Positions 38,728 through 46,712 of a DNA stretch of 64,000 nucleotides are shown piece after piece. The translations under genes and the position numbers were made by a program. The stretch comes from Candidatus Aenigmatarchaeota archaeon (GTDB lineage Archaea > Aenigmatarchaeota > Aenigmatarchaeia > CG10238-14 > SCSR01): positions 608,001 to 672,000 of the forward strand of contig JAVZHQ010000001.1 in assembly GCA_038998335.1 (NCBI GenBank), read 5' to 3'. How positions within the stretch are numbered: position 1 is the stretch's first letter; every line of letters begins with the position of its first letter. The notes under the pieces were generated by a model, which searched no databases, was not told where the DNA came from, and saw only the letters and a program-made list of their open reading frames with translations.

Positions 38728-39507
38728 ATGGCTAACTTTTACGATTACCTTGACTTTCTTCTTAAGCCAGCAATAGAAACAGGCTATACTTGGGATAAAA
38801 CTTTGCTCTATGGTATAATTCTGATTGTAGCAGTCTTACTGATTTTTAAGATGCTTAAAAAACTTAAGGTTAAAGTTGATGGAAAATTTTCTTTAGCAGT
38901 ATTTCCTTTTGTAATTTTTGGCGGAGTTTTAAGAGTTTTGAGAGATTTAGGAATTCTAACTTCCTTTCTCTTTGCTACTCCTTACATTTACTTTTTAGTT
39001 GCCTTCATTACCATTTTAACTCTTCTCATTTCTTTACTTATAGAGAAAAAGTTCGGAATTTCTTACAGTAAAATTGTTTTTTTAACTGGTTTTATTCTTT
39101 TTTCCTTAACAATAGCGAAAATTCCCCAACTGGACTTAACTAGGGTATTTTATGTCCTAACTTTCTCTTTTCCATTTCTTGCTCTCATTCTTCTTGTAAA
39201 ATGGAAAAGAGAAAATAAGGTAGTAACTTTAATCCAAACTTTTGACGGAATCGTAACTTTTGTTTCTATAAACTTTTTTGGCTACTCTGAACAACATGTT
39301 CTCCCAACTCTTTTGATTCAAACTTTTGGAAGTTTTACTTTTCCACTAATTAAAATAATAGCAATAGTTATTGCTTTGGTTTTAATTGACAAGTTTTTTG
39401 AAGATAATGAGTTAAAAAATTTTGTCAAGCTTTGCATAGCAATTTTAGCAGGAGGAACAAGCACAAGAGATTTTACTTGCCTACTTTCTTCCTGTTCACC
39501 TTCTTAA
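38728..39507 (+). CDS. DUF63-family archaeal membrane protein
   Basis: GYTW..TLLYG, PFVIFGG.LRVL.D, TPYIYF and DG..TF...GYSEQHVLP motifs. Confidence 0.8.
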   Translation: MANFYDYLDFLLKPAIETGYTWDKTLLYGIILIVAVLLIFKMLKKLKVKVDGKFSLAVFPFVIFGGVLRVLRDLGILTSFLFATPYIYFLVAFITILTLLISLLIEKKFGISYSKIVFLTGFILFSLTIAKIPQLDLTRVFYVLTFSFPFLALILLVKWKRENKVVTLIQTFDGIVTFVSINFFGYSEQHVLPTLLIQTFGSFTFPLIKIIAIVIALVLIDKFFEDNELKNFVKLCIAILAGGTSTRDFTCLLSSCSPS

Positions 39508-40616
39508 CCCATATAACTGATAATTAGAGTAACATCAGCCAAATTATAGAAACCGTCAGGAGGTTCTGTAGAAAAGGATATAAGATTCATTCCTTTTCTT
39601 AAATTTATTTCACCAGGATAAAGTGTTTTGCTTATAATTTCACCAGCTTTTTTATTAACCTTATAAGCTTCTTTTTCGTTTATTTTTACTATCAAATCTT
39701 TTGTTGGGTTAGAGTCTTTAACTCTTGCACTAAGTAAAGCGTACTTAAAATTGTTAACCTCTTTATCACCAAGCTCAAAATTAAAACTTTTCTCACTAAC
39801 TCCATAGTAAAATATTCCAAACTTTGCACTAGAGATTTTGTAAACAGTGCTCATCCAGAACTTCCATCCAGGCAAACCTGCTTTTATTGTAACATAGTTT
39901 GATTTCTCTATTTTAGAAGCATTTAGTGGGATAACTACTTCTCCAGGTTTTACGTTTTGGTTGTAAACTTCTTCGCCGTTAAACTCAACTATCAAATTTC
40001 CTGCGTTGTTTGTATCTTCTACCAAAATACTGATAAAACCACCGTTGATCATTCGAAACATTTCCTCGCTTATTGATTCATGTGTTAGAGTTGAGGAATA
40101 CTCTGAAAAATAACCTTTAGAAACCTCAAAACTATACTTTGAAGCTAAAACTTCTGAACCAACTGAATGACTTACAGAAAAGTCTCCAAAGTAAAAGTTT
40201 CTCTGGAGTTGCTGAACTAGAACTTTTGTTACGTTTATGGTTACAGGAATCGAGACATTTCCACCAGTAAAAGCTATTTGAATCTTTCCTCTGTATACTT
40301 TTTCGACTGTCATTTCTGGCACAAATATAGTAACAGTAACAACTTCTGAACCAGAAACGTCAAAATTTTCTTTATCAAAACTTAAGAAAGACCTTACTTC
40401 TCCTGTTACTATAAAAGTAACGTTTGTTGCAGTACCGTTTAAATTTAACTCTAAAGTTTGATAATTTCCTGGTTCAATTTTTACTGAAATGGAAGAAGGA
40501 GTAACGTTCAAAAATTCTGGTGGTGCTGAAGTCCAAGCCACCATCATGACTATTATTAGAACAAGCCCTGCGAGTAAAACAAAGGCAAACTCGTCTATTC
40601 TTGCCTGTGCTTTCAA
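39504..40616 (-). CDS. Class III signal-peptide (pilin-like) protein with beta domains
   Basis: MKAQ.RIDEFAFVLLAGLVLII N-terminus. Confidence 0.65.
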   Translation of the reverse strand: MKAQARIDEFAFVLLAGLVLIIVMMVAWTSAPPEFLNVTPSSISVKIEPGNYQTLELNLNGTATNVTFIVTGEVRSFLSFDKENFDVSGSEVVTVTIFVPEMTVEKVYRGKIQIAFTGGNVSIPVTINVTKVLVQQLQRNFYFGDFSVSHSVGSEVLASKYSFEVSKGYFSEYSSTLTHESISEEMFRMINGGFISILVEDTNNAGNLIVEFNGEEVYNQNVKPGEVVIPLNASKIEKSNYVTIKAGLPGWKFWMSTVYKISSAKFGIFYYGVSEKSFNFELGDKEVNNFKYALLSARVKDSNPTKDLIVKINEKEAYKVNKKAGEIISKTLYPGEINLRKGMNLISFSTEPPDGFYNLADVTLIISYMG

Positions 40617-40669
40617 AAAAACACCTAATTTAACTTTGTTTTTTTAACAATTAATTTTTATTTATTATT

Positions 40670-41329
40670 ATGAAAACTATTGAAAAAAACTTTGAAAAGG
40701 GTTTTGTAAGGCTTATTCCTGAGAATTTTTTAGACTTATGGCATCTTTCTAAAATAATTGAAGTTAAAGATAGAATAACAGCTAGAACTACAAGAAACAT
40801 TTTTGTTGAAAGAGAAGGAAAAAAGGAAAAATCAAGAAAAGTTGCTTTAGTTCTTTCTCTCGAAGTAGAAAAAGTTGAGCTAGAAAAAAATAAGTTAAGA
40901 ATAAAGGGAAAGATAGTAGAAGCTCCGGAAGAAGTTCAAAAAGGAAGTTATCACACGATTGAAATTCTTATAGGAAATAGTTTTACTTTAGAGAAAAAAG
41001 AGTGGAAAAAAGAACAAGTAGAAAAAATAGAAAAACTAACAAAAAGAATTAAAAAAGCTACTTCGCTGAAAGAGTTTTTTGTTCATATAAACAAGCTTGA
41101 CGGCTTAGCAATTTATGGTTTGGAAGAAGTTAGAAACGCTGCTTTAATTGGAGCGATAAAAATTCTTTTTGTTCCTTTTGAAAATTTGAGTGAAAAAATT
41201 GAGGAAGTAATAGAAGAGGTGGAGAAAAAAGGCGGAGAAATAGAGTTCGTTAGCGAGAAGGAAGAGCTTGGTAAAAAATTTTTGAAAGAACATGGAATTG
41301 GAGCAATTCTCAGGTTTAAAATTAGCTAG
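40670..41329 (+). CDS. pelA: Pelota/Dom34 homolog lacking the middle domain
   Basis: N-domain (PE..DLWHL..II, T.R, LRIKGKI, GSYHT) joined directly to the C-domain (YGLEEV..A..GAI, GIGAILRF); only 219 aa. Confidence 0.8.
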   Translation: MKTIEKNFEKGFVRLIPENFLDLWHLSKIIEVKDRITARTTRNIFVEREGKKEKSRKVALVLSLEVEKVELEKNKLRIKGKIVEAPEEVQKGSYHTIEILIGNSFTLEKKEWKKEQVEKIEKLTKRIKKATSLKEFFVHINKLDGLAIYGLEEVRNAALIGAIKILFVPFENLSEKIEEVIEEVEKKGGEIEFVSEKEELGKKFLKEHGIGAILRFKIS

Positions 41330-41510
41330 CTCTTTTCTTCAAAGAAGTTATGTAGCCTGCTATCATGTTCCTTAACTTCTTTGATTTTATTTCTATAAGT
41401 TGTTTAACAACTTCTTTATTCTTGGAAAAATCACTTGAAAACTTGTCTGGATATTTTTCTACAAGCTCTAAAGCGATGCTTTTGACAAAAGAAGTTTTAA
41501 TTCTTCCCAT
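41322..41510 (-). CDS. rps17e: 30S ribosomal protein S17e
   Basis: MGRIKTSFVK...F..NK...SKKLRNMIAGYIT. Confidence 0.95.
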   Translation of the reverse strand: MGRIKTSFVKSIALELVEKYPDKFSSDFSKNKEVVKQLIEIKSKKLRNMIAGYITSLKKRAS

Positions 41511-41546
41511 GCAAATCACTCGCTTTTCTGAAATACATAGAGACCA

Positions 41547-42113
41547 CTAAGGTGTGACTCTTGATAAAGAATAATAAGTTACATCTCCTTCCTTATCTAC
41601 AACAGCCCACCACATAGTAGCTCTTATGTTGTGTGCAAGCCTAACTGCACGAGACATTTCTGGTAATGAAAAAGCAGCTTCCTCAGCAACTGCATGAACT
41701 ATTGCTTTTGTATGCTCATGAGGTGCTTTTGGTCCTCTCTTCAGTTTAACTCCTCTTTCATAAAGTCTAAAGTGAGCACCAAACTTGAAACCAGTTTTAA
41801 CAAGATAACCTCTATTCCTTAAGTCCCGATAAACTATAAATTGTGGATGAAATTGGTTAACATTTTTTGTTCCTATTTCTATTAATTCAGAAAGTTCGAT
41901 TTTTCTTTTTTTATCATTTTCTTTAACAAAAACTCTAATCTTTCCCTTTTCAAGTAAGTAAGCAGCCTCTACCAAATCCAACTCAAGTCTGTTTGGGTTT
42001 TCTTCTGGTAACGGTTTACCATAACCAGAATCATCGTAAAGAATTACTGCTTCAGGATCCCAAATTATTACTCTATTTTCTAATAGTTCACCTTCCCAAA
42101 CTTTTTCGCTCAT
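41547..42113 (-). CDS. endA: tRNA-splicing endonuclease, single alpha-type subunit
   Basis: L.LVEAAYL, VYRDLR.RGY.VKTGFKFGAHFRLY and H...RAVRLAHNIR motifs. Confidence 0.92.
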   Translation of the reverse strand: MSEKVWEGELLENRVIIWDPEAVILYDDSGYGKPLPEENPNRLELDLVEAAYLLEKGKIRVFVKENDKKRKIELSELIEIGTKNVNQFHPQFIVYRDLRNRGYLVKTGFKFGAHFRLYERGVKLKRGPKAPHEHTKAIVHAVAEEAAFSLPEMSRAVRLAHNIRATMWWAVVDKEGDVTYYSLSRVTP

Positions 42114-42147
42114 GAAATCACTTATTCTTTATAATTTAGCTTATACC

Positions 42148-42660
42148 TTAAATTTTTAATTGTTTCCTGCATTTTTCGCAAACATTTTTTGTTTTTCTGT
42201 CAACATCGAAAACAGTGTTTGAAAAACACATTACGCATTCTGGATTTTCACAGTGTTTTAAGCCTAAAACATGACCCATTTCATGTATAGCTTCTTTTAC
42301 TGCTCTTTTTATTAAAATTTCTTCGTTGTAAGCCTGTTTGTAAAAAGTGGGGTTAAGTCTTGCGATGGAAACTACAGCGACTCTTCCATTTAGCTGGGCT
42401 TGACCAAAAACAAAGTTTAGTTCTTCTGCGTACAAATCTTGGTCTGTTATACCCAAAATTCTTCCCTTAAAGTTTCTTGAAAGAAAGTCTAAGATTTGAG
42501 GGGCTATGTACTGATGTCTGTAAGGATTGTAATATTCTTTTGGTAAACCTTTTTCTGGAAGAATTTCTGAAATTAAACCAAATTCGTTTCTTAGCTCGTC
42601 TTTTACACTGTTTAAAACTCTTTCAGGAATTTTTCCAAAGGGAATTATTGTCAATTTCAT
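42148..42660 (-). CDS. amzA: Archaemetzincin (M54 zinc metalloprotease)
   Basis: LNFVFG, KEAIHEMGHVLGLKHC...CVMCFSN and C..C motifs. Confidence 0.93.
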   Translation of the reverse strand: MKLTIIPFGKIPERVLNSVKDELRNEFGLISEILPEKGLPKEYYNPYRHQYIAPQILDFLSRNFKGRILGITDQDLYAEELNFVFGQAQLNGRVAVVSIARLNPTFYKQAYNEEILIKRAVKEAIHEMGHVLGLKHCENPECVMCFSNTVFDVDRKTKNVCEKCRKQLKI

Positions 42661-42827
42661 AATTAAATAATGGTTAAAAGAATAAAAAGAATTAACTAGT
42701 TAAAATTTTTTAGTAGTTTTAAAACAATAAAAAATTATGCATTCAAAAATTGAAACTTGTTATGAAAAAATTTGTAAAATGGCAAGAGTTGCCTCAAGCG
42801 TTAATAGAGAATATGTATAAAAACTTA

Positions 42828-42930
42828 TGGGACAGGAGGGATTTGAACCCTCGACACACCGGTAACCGCTTAGTTCTTCAGCCGGTTGCTCTCCCGGGCT
42901 GAGCTTACAGCACATTAGTGATACTGTCCC
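42828..42930 (-). tRNA. tRNA-Phe(GAA) with two introns: non-canonical 9/10 (42905-42921, 17 nt) and canonical 37/38 (42864-42875, 12 nt)
   Basis: The spliced sequence GGGACAGTA|GCTCAGCCCGGGAGAGCAACCGGCTGAAG|ACCGGTGTGTCGAGGGTTCAAATCCCTCCTGTCCCA folds as a complete cloverleaf. Confidence 0.88.
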
Positions 42931-43711
42931 TACGACTGTCCCATTTCCTACATAATAAAATGGTTTCTAATTTATTTTGCTTGTTTAGATTTTGAAATCC
43001 TATCTCCTCTTTAAAATTAATTAATGAATTTAACCTTTTAATACGTAACCTTATTCCACAAGTTATTACCCCATCCTTTCGTACATTGAGTGTGTTTGAT
43101 ATAAATATTGTTGATTTTATATTAAAGAATTTTTCAAGACCTTCTTTAATCTCATTTAAGAATTGGAAACCATTATCAAGTAAATTTTGGGATTTCCACA
43201 TTTCCAAACCTATAAATGGGTTGTGTTTGCTGATGTCGACCGTGCCTTCACAATTGAAAACCATCCTAACAAAACTTCTGAAACACTCTTTTTCGTTTTT
43301 AATCCAAGTTGGTACAGAAAACTCTTGCATTACCTTACAACCTTTTGGAACCCCTACTAAATGAAGTACTCTACTCAACAATTTACAATTCACGCCAAAA
43401 TTGAAAGTTTTTCCAAATTTGTTTCCCTTACAAGGCCTCACTCTTCCTTTGATACCGAACAAATTAAAAATTTCATTTCCAAATATTTCTAACTCTTGGA
43501 GATCTTTTGAAGTAAAATCAAATCTCCATTTAGGTTCACCTTGGAGATGCCCATCACACATCAAGGCTGCAACTATAGATGCTAGTTGTGGAGAAGAACG
43601 AACAGGAAACCAATTGCTATGTAAATTAATTGAATTTATTGCATGATCTCTCGATTTGAATAACTTTATTACATCTTCTTCAGTTACTAAAATCTCACTC
43701 ATTTTTAACAC
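42905..43711 (-). CDS. LAGLIDADG homing-endonuclease-family protein (two motifs); 3' end overlaps tRNA-Phe
   Basis: LASIVAALMCDGHL and FRSFVRMVFNCEGTV; GVPKGCK...F.VP.WI linker; ATG start may be at 43702. Confidence 0.85.
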   Translation of the reverse strand: MLKMSEILVTEEDVIKLFKSRDHAINSINLHSNWFPVRSSPQLASIVAALMCDGHLQGEPKWRFDFTSKDLQELEIFGNEIFNLFGIKGRVRPCKGNKFGKTFNFGVNCKLLSRVLHLVGVPKGCKVMQEFSVPTWIKNEKECFRSFVRMVFNCEGTVDISKHNPFIGLEMWKSQNLLDNGFQFLNEIKEGLEKFFNIKSTIFISNTLNVRKDGVITCGIRLRIKRLNSLINFKEEIGFQNLNKQNKLETILLCRKWDSRRDSITNVL

Positions 43712-43762
43712 AAAATAAATAAGAGATAGCCATTTATTTATCTTTCGAAAGTTTAGTTCCGG

Positions 43763-43785
43763 TAAGTTCTTCTTTTAAGAACTTA
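43763..43785. repeat. 9-bp perfect inverted repeat between the GT2 gene and the LAGLIDADG gene (possible terminator or element end)
   Basis: taagttctt-ctttt-aagaactta. Confidence 0.4.
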
Positions 43786-43802
43786 GAATCTCTACAAACT
43801 AT

Positions 43803-44483
43803 TTATTTCTTACCAAGCCTAAACTTTATTCCCTCTTTTATAATAAAAATTAATACCCCCAAAACAACTCTTACTCCTCTTATTATTCCACTTTTCTTCT
43901 TGTAAAGAACTTTTACAGGAACTTGTTTTATTTTAAGCCTATTTTTTAAGGCTTGAATAAACAAAGCATTTTCTATTATGTAGCCTCCATAAACAGCCTT
44001 GCTTAAAGTTTTAATTTTGTTTCCAGCTATAGCTATTAAACCACAATTTGTATCTTTAAAGCTAGTTCCAAAAAGTAGATTAAAAGAGTTCTTCCATACA
44101 AAATTTCCAAGTTTATGTCTAAAAGGAATTTTTTTAAAATCTCTATAGCCTGTAACAAACTCAGCTTCTTTTGCTTCTATCGGAGCTAAAAGTTTTAAGG
44201 CTTCTTCTGGGAAGTATTGTAAATCAGCATCAAGAAGAACAACGGCCTTGACATCTTTCCTTCTTTTCAGGAATTCAAAGCCTGTTTTTAAAGCTTCGCC
44301 TTTTCCTTTGTTTACTTCATGTTTTAACACTATGGCTCCAGCTTTTTTTGCTAGCTCGTAAGTTTTATCATGAGAGCAATCGTCGATAACTATTGGAACC
44401 ATATCAAGTTTTTTAACTCTTTTTACAACTTCATAAATCGTTTTTTCCTCGTTATAAGCTGGTATTAGACTAAAAACTTTCAT
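43803..44483 (-). CDS. Family 2 glycosyltransferase (polyprenol-phosphate glycosyltransferase-like)
   Basis: IPAYNEE, IDDCS.D, N.GKGEA and LDADLQ motifs. Confidence 0.9.
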   Translation of the reverse strand: MKVFSLIPAYNEEKTIYEVVKRVKKLDMVPIVIDDCSHDKTYELAKKAGAIVLKHEVNKGKGEALKTGFEFLKRRKDVKAVVLLDADLQYFPEEALKLLAPIEAKEAEFVTGYRDFKKIPFRHKLGNFVWKNSFNLLFGTSFKDTNCGLIAIAGNKIKTLSKAVYGGYIIENALFIQALKNRLKIKQVPVKVLYKKKSGIIRGVRVVLGVLIFIIKEGIKFRLGKK

Positions 44484-44729
44484 AAATAGGTTAAGAAAAA
44501 ATAAACTTTTAAAGGTAAACTTTTTTGATTTCAGCCCACCAATTTTTTCGATTGTACAGATTAAGAGTATCTATAAGCTTATCAAAACTTTCCTTTGATT
44601 CAAAAATTGAAGGACGAGAATCTGGCAGGTAAATATGAAAAAATTTTTTTCTACTTTTTGGGTTTTTAGCTCTACTAAAATTTCATAAACAGGTTCTGTT
44701 GCTTTTCCTTTTAAAAATGGTTAAAGTAG

Positions 44730-45272
44730 CTAAAGATTTATTTTTAAACTTCTCAAAGTATCTTCAAAAATTTTGTAAGTTTTTGAATCGTAAAGGAAAA
44801 ACACAACTCTTTCTATGTTCGTTTTTTCCTTCAAGTAGTTTATAATAGCTTCTAACATTATTCTTGCACATCTTTCTTTTGGAAAACCAAAAGCTCCTGT
44901 TGAGATAGCAGGAAAAGCTATGCTTCTCAAATTATACTTTTCAGCAAGCTTTAGGCTATTCAAAGTTGCGTTTCTTAACTTTTCGTCTTCATTTCCTTCC
45001 CCATAAACAGGACCAACCGCATGGATAACATATTTTACTTTTAGGTTTCCTCCTGAAGTTATTCTTGCTTCCCCAACAGGACAAAAACCTATTTTATCGC
45101 ACTCTTCCTGAATTTTTGGTCCGCCTTTTTTTCTTATCGCTCCTGCTACTCCTCCGCCAAGCTTAAGTTTAGAGTTAGCAGCGTTAACTATTGTATCGCC
45201 TTCGAAATCTGTTATATCACCTTGAATAAGTTCTAAAATGCTTTTGTTAATTTTTACTTTCATAACGCTCAA
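44730..45272 (-). CDS. Macro-domain protein (ADP-ribose binding / O-acetyl-ADP-ribose deacetylase)
   Basis: QGDIT, IVNAAN..L..GGGVAGAI, VIHAVGP and AFPAISTG.FGFP motifs. Confidence 0.95.
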   Translation of the reverse strand: MSVMKVKINKSILELIQGDITDFEGDTIVNAANSKLKLGGGVAGAIRKKGGPKIQEECDKIGFCPVGEARITSGGNLKVKYVIHAVGPVYGEGNEDEKLRNATLNSLKLAEKYNLRSIAFPAISTGAFGFPKERCARIMLEAIINYLKEKTNIERVVFFLYDSKTYKIFEDTLRSLKINL

Positions 45273-45323
45273 AAATTTAGAGAAAAATACTGTTTAAATA
45301 ATTTTCGGTAAAAATTACTTTAC

Positions 45324-45833
45324 ATGAAAAAACTAACTACCAAACAATACGTTTCAATATTTTTTTTAATACTCCTTGCGTTTTTCTTTTTAAGTTTTGC
45401 AGAAATAGCAGTAGAAGGTCCTTATGGAGGAGCGACTAAGAGTTATGGTTGGAAGATTCAGATTTATGATTCTGTCTATCTAAGAGAGTATCACTTTTTT
45501 CTATTTTATTTAACAATACCAACACTACTTTCAATTTCTATAATCTTAGTTGGGTTTGATTTAAGATTAATCAGTATTTTAATTTTAGGGTATTCAATTG
45601 GTAGTATTTTAGAAGACTTTTGTTGGTTTGCTTTTAACCCTTACTACGGAATCCACAAATTTTCGCCAGAATTTTATACCTGGACCATTTGGATAAATGT
45701 TTTAGGTTTAAAAATCCCTATACTGTACTTCATTTACTCACTAATAATTCTTGCTGATGTTTTCTTTATTTTAAAAATAATCCCAATTATCGAAAAACAT
45801 AAACAAAATAAACCAGAAATGTTCGGATTTTAA
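45324..45833 (+). CDS. Hypothetical membrane protein
   Basis: Four hydrophobic segments; EIAVEG..G and LEDFCWF..NP motifs. Confidence 0.65.
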   Translation: MKKLTTKQYVSIFFLILLAFFFLSFAEIAVEGPYGGATKSYGWKIQIYDSVYLREYHFFLFYLTIPTLLSISIILVGFDLRLISILILGYSIGSILEDFCWFAFNPYYGIHKFSPEFYTWTIWINVLGLKIPILYFIYSLIILADVFFILKIIPIIEKHKQNKPEMFGF

Positions 45834-45838
45834 TTTAG

Positions 45839-45925
45839 CGCCCTCGCTGGGATTTGAACCCAGGACCTACCGGTTAACAGCCGGGTGCTCTACCACTGAG
45901 CTTTCCTCGTAATTACTACGAGGGC
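45839..45925 (-). tRNA. tRNA-Asn(GTT) with a non-canonical 15-nt intron at 8/9 (45903-45917)
   Basis: The spliced sequence GCCCTCGT|AGCTCAGTGGTAGAGCACCCGGCTGTTAACCGGTAGGTCCTGGGTTCAAATCCCAGCGAGGGCG is a complete cloverleaf. Confidence 0.88.
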
Positions 45926-46676
45926 TGCGAGGGCTTAATATATTTTTTAACAACTTGTTTTCATCAATTAAATATTCTTCTATACTTTTATAGAATTTCC
46001 TTAAATTATTAGGCGTTATAACAAAAACTTTATAACCTCTTTGTTGTAAATCCTTTATCTTCTTTTTTAATTTCATAGCTTTATCAAAACCTTTCCACAT
46101 GCTACATTCTACAATAAGGTTACCAACCTTGAAATCTGGGAAATAATATTTTTTATTGACATTTATACAAGGTTCGTATTGATAATTTATTCCAAATTGA
46201 AATAATGTATCAGCAATTTTCTTTTCTAAAGTATTTCTGACGAGTTCACCACGTTTGGTTTTAAATTTGTAGCTTCCAATCTTCTTAAACCGTTCATATT
46301 GCTCTAAGAAATATTTTTCACCTAATTCTTTTCTAAGTTTTTTATGTAACCTGCTAGAAGCTTTTTTCATCTTAATTAGATTTTTTCTGAATGTTTTGCT
46401 TCTAACCTTCTTTAAGTAGCTGGCTTTACCACCAATCCTTTGTTTCCAGTTTTTATCTAACCGTTTTTGAATAATTTGCACGATATCAACTTCTTCTAAA
46501 CCTAAAAATTTCATGAGTTTGTTAAGAACATATCGAGAAATAGGTCTACCTTTATGTTTATAATAATATATTGCAGATTTCACTACATTTAAGGTTTTTG
46601 CCAACTTTCTTTCACTACCAGCCTTTTTTATGGCCATGTTAATTATGTTTTTCTGATCTTTTAATTTAAAATACAT
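45867..46676 (-). CDS. HTH plus PD-(D/E)XK (Vsr/DUF559-like) putative endonuclease; 3' end reads through tRNA-Asn
   Basis: N-terminal HTH SERKLAKTLNVVKSAIYYY; C-terminal GELVRNTLEKKIAD.L...GINYQYE...PDFKVG.LIVEC. Confidence 0.7.
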   Translation of the reverse strand: MYFKLKDQKNIINMAIKKAGSERKLAKTLNVVKSAIYYYKHKGRPISRYVLNKLMKFLGLEEVDIVQIIQKRLDKNWKQRIGGKASYLKKVRSKTFRKNLIKMKKASSRLHKKLRKELGEKYFLEQYERFKKIGSYKFKTKRGELVRNTLEKKIADTLFQFGINYQYEPCINVNKKYYFPDFKVGNLIVECSMWKGFDKAMKLKKKIKDLQQRGYKVFVITPNNLRKFYKSIEEYLIDENKLLKNILSPRSPRSNYEESSVVEHPAVNR

Positions 46677-46712
46677 AATAAAAACTTTGTTTATTACTAT
46701 TTAAAGTTACTT

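Larger units (their letters stand above)
42828..43785 (-). mobile_element. Putative tRNA-Phe-associated LAGLIDADG cassette
   Basis: Same architecture as the Asn cassette; possible tRNA-Phe remnant at 43759-43772. Confidence 0.45.

Noticed and set aside
42737-42820. 27-codon ORF (MHSKIETCYEK...) downstream of tRNA-Phe
   Set aside because: No RBS or motif; such an ORF is expected by chance in AT-rich intergenic DNA.
42905-43711. Intein-encoded or WhiA-like LAGLIDADG domain
   Set aside because: No host extein, no intein splicing motifs (N-terminal Cys, C-terminal His-Asn) and no WhiA C-terminal HTH; the ORF is free-standing.
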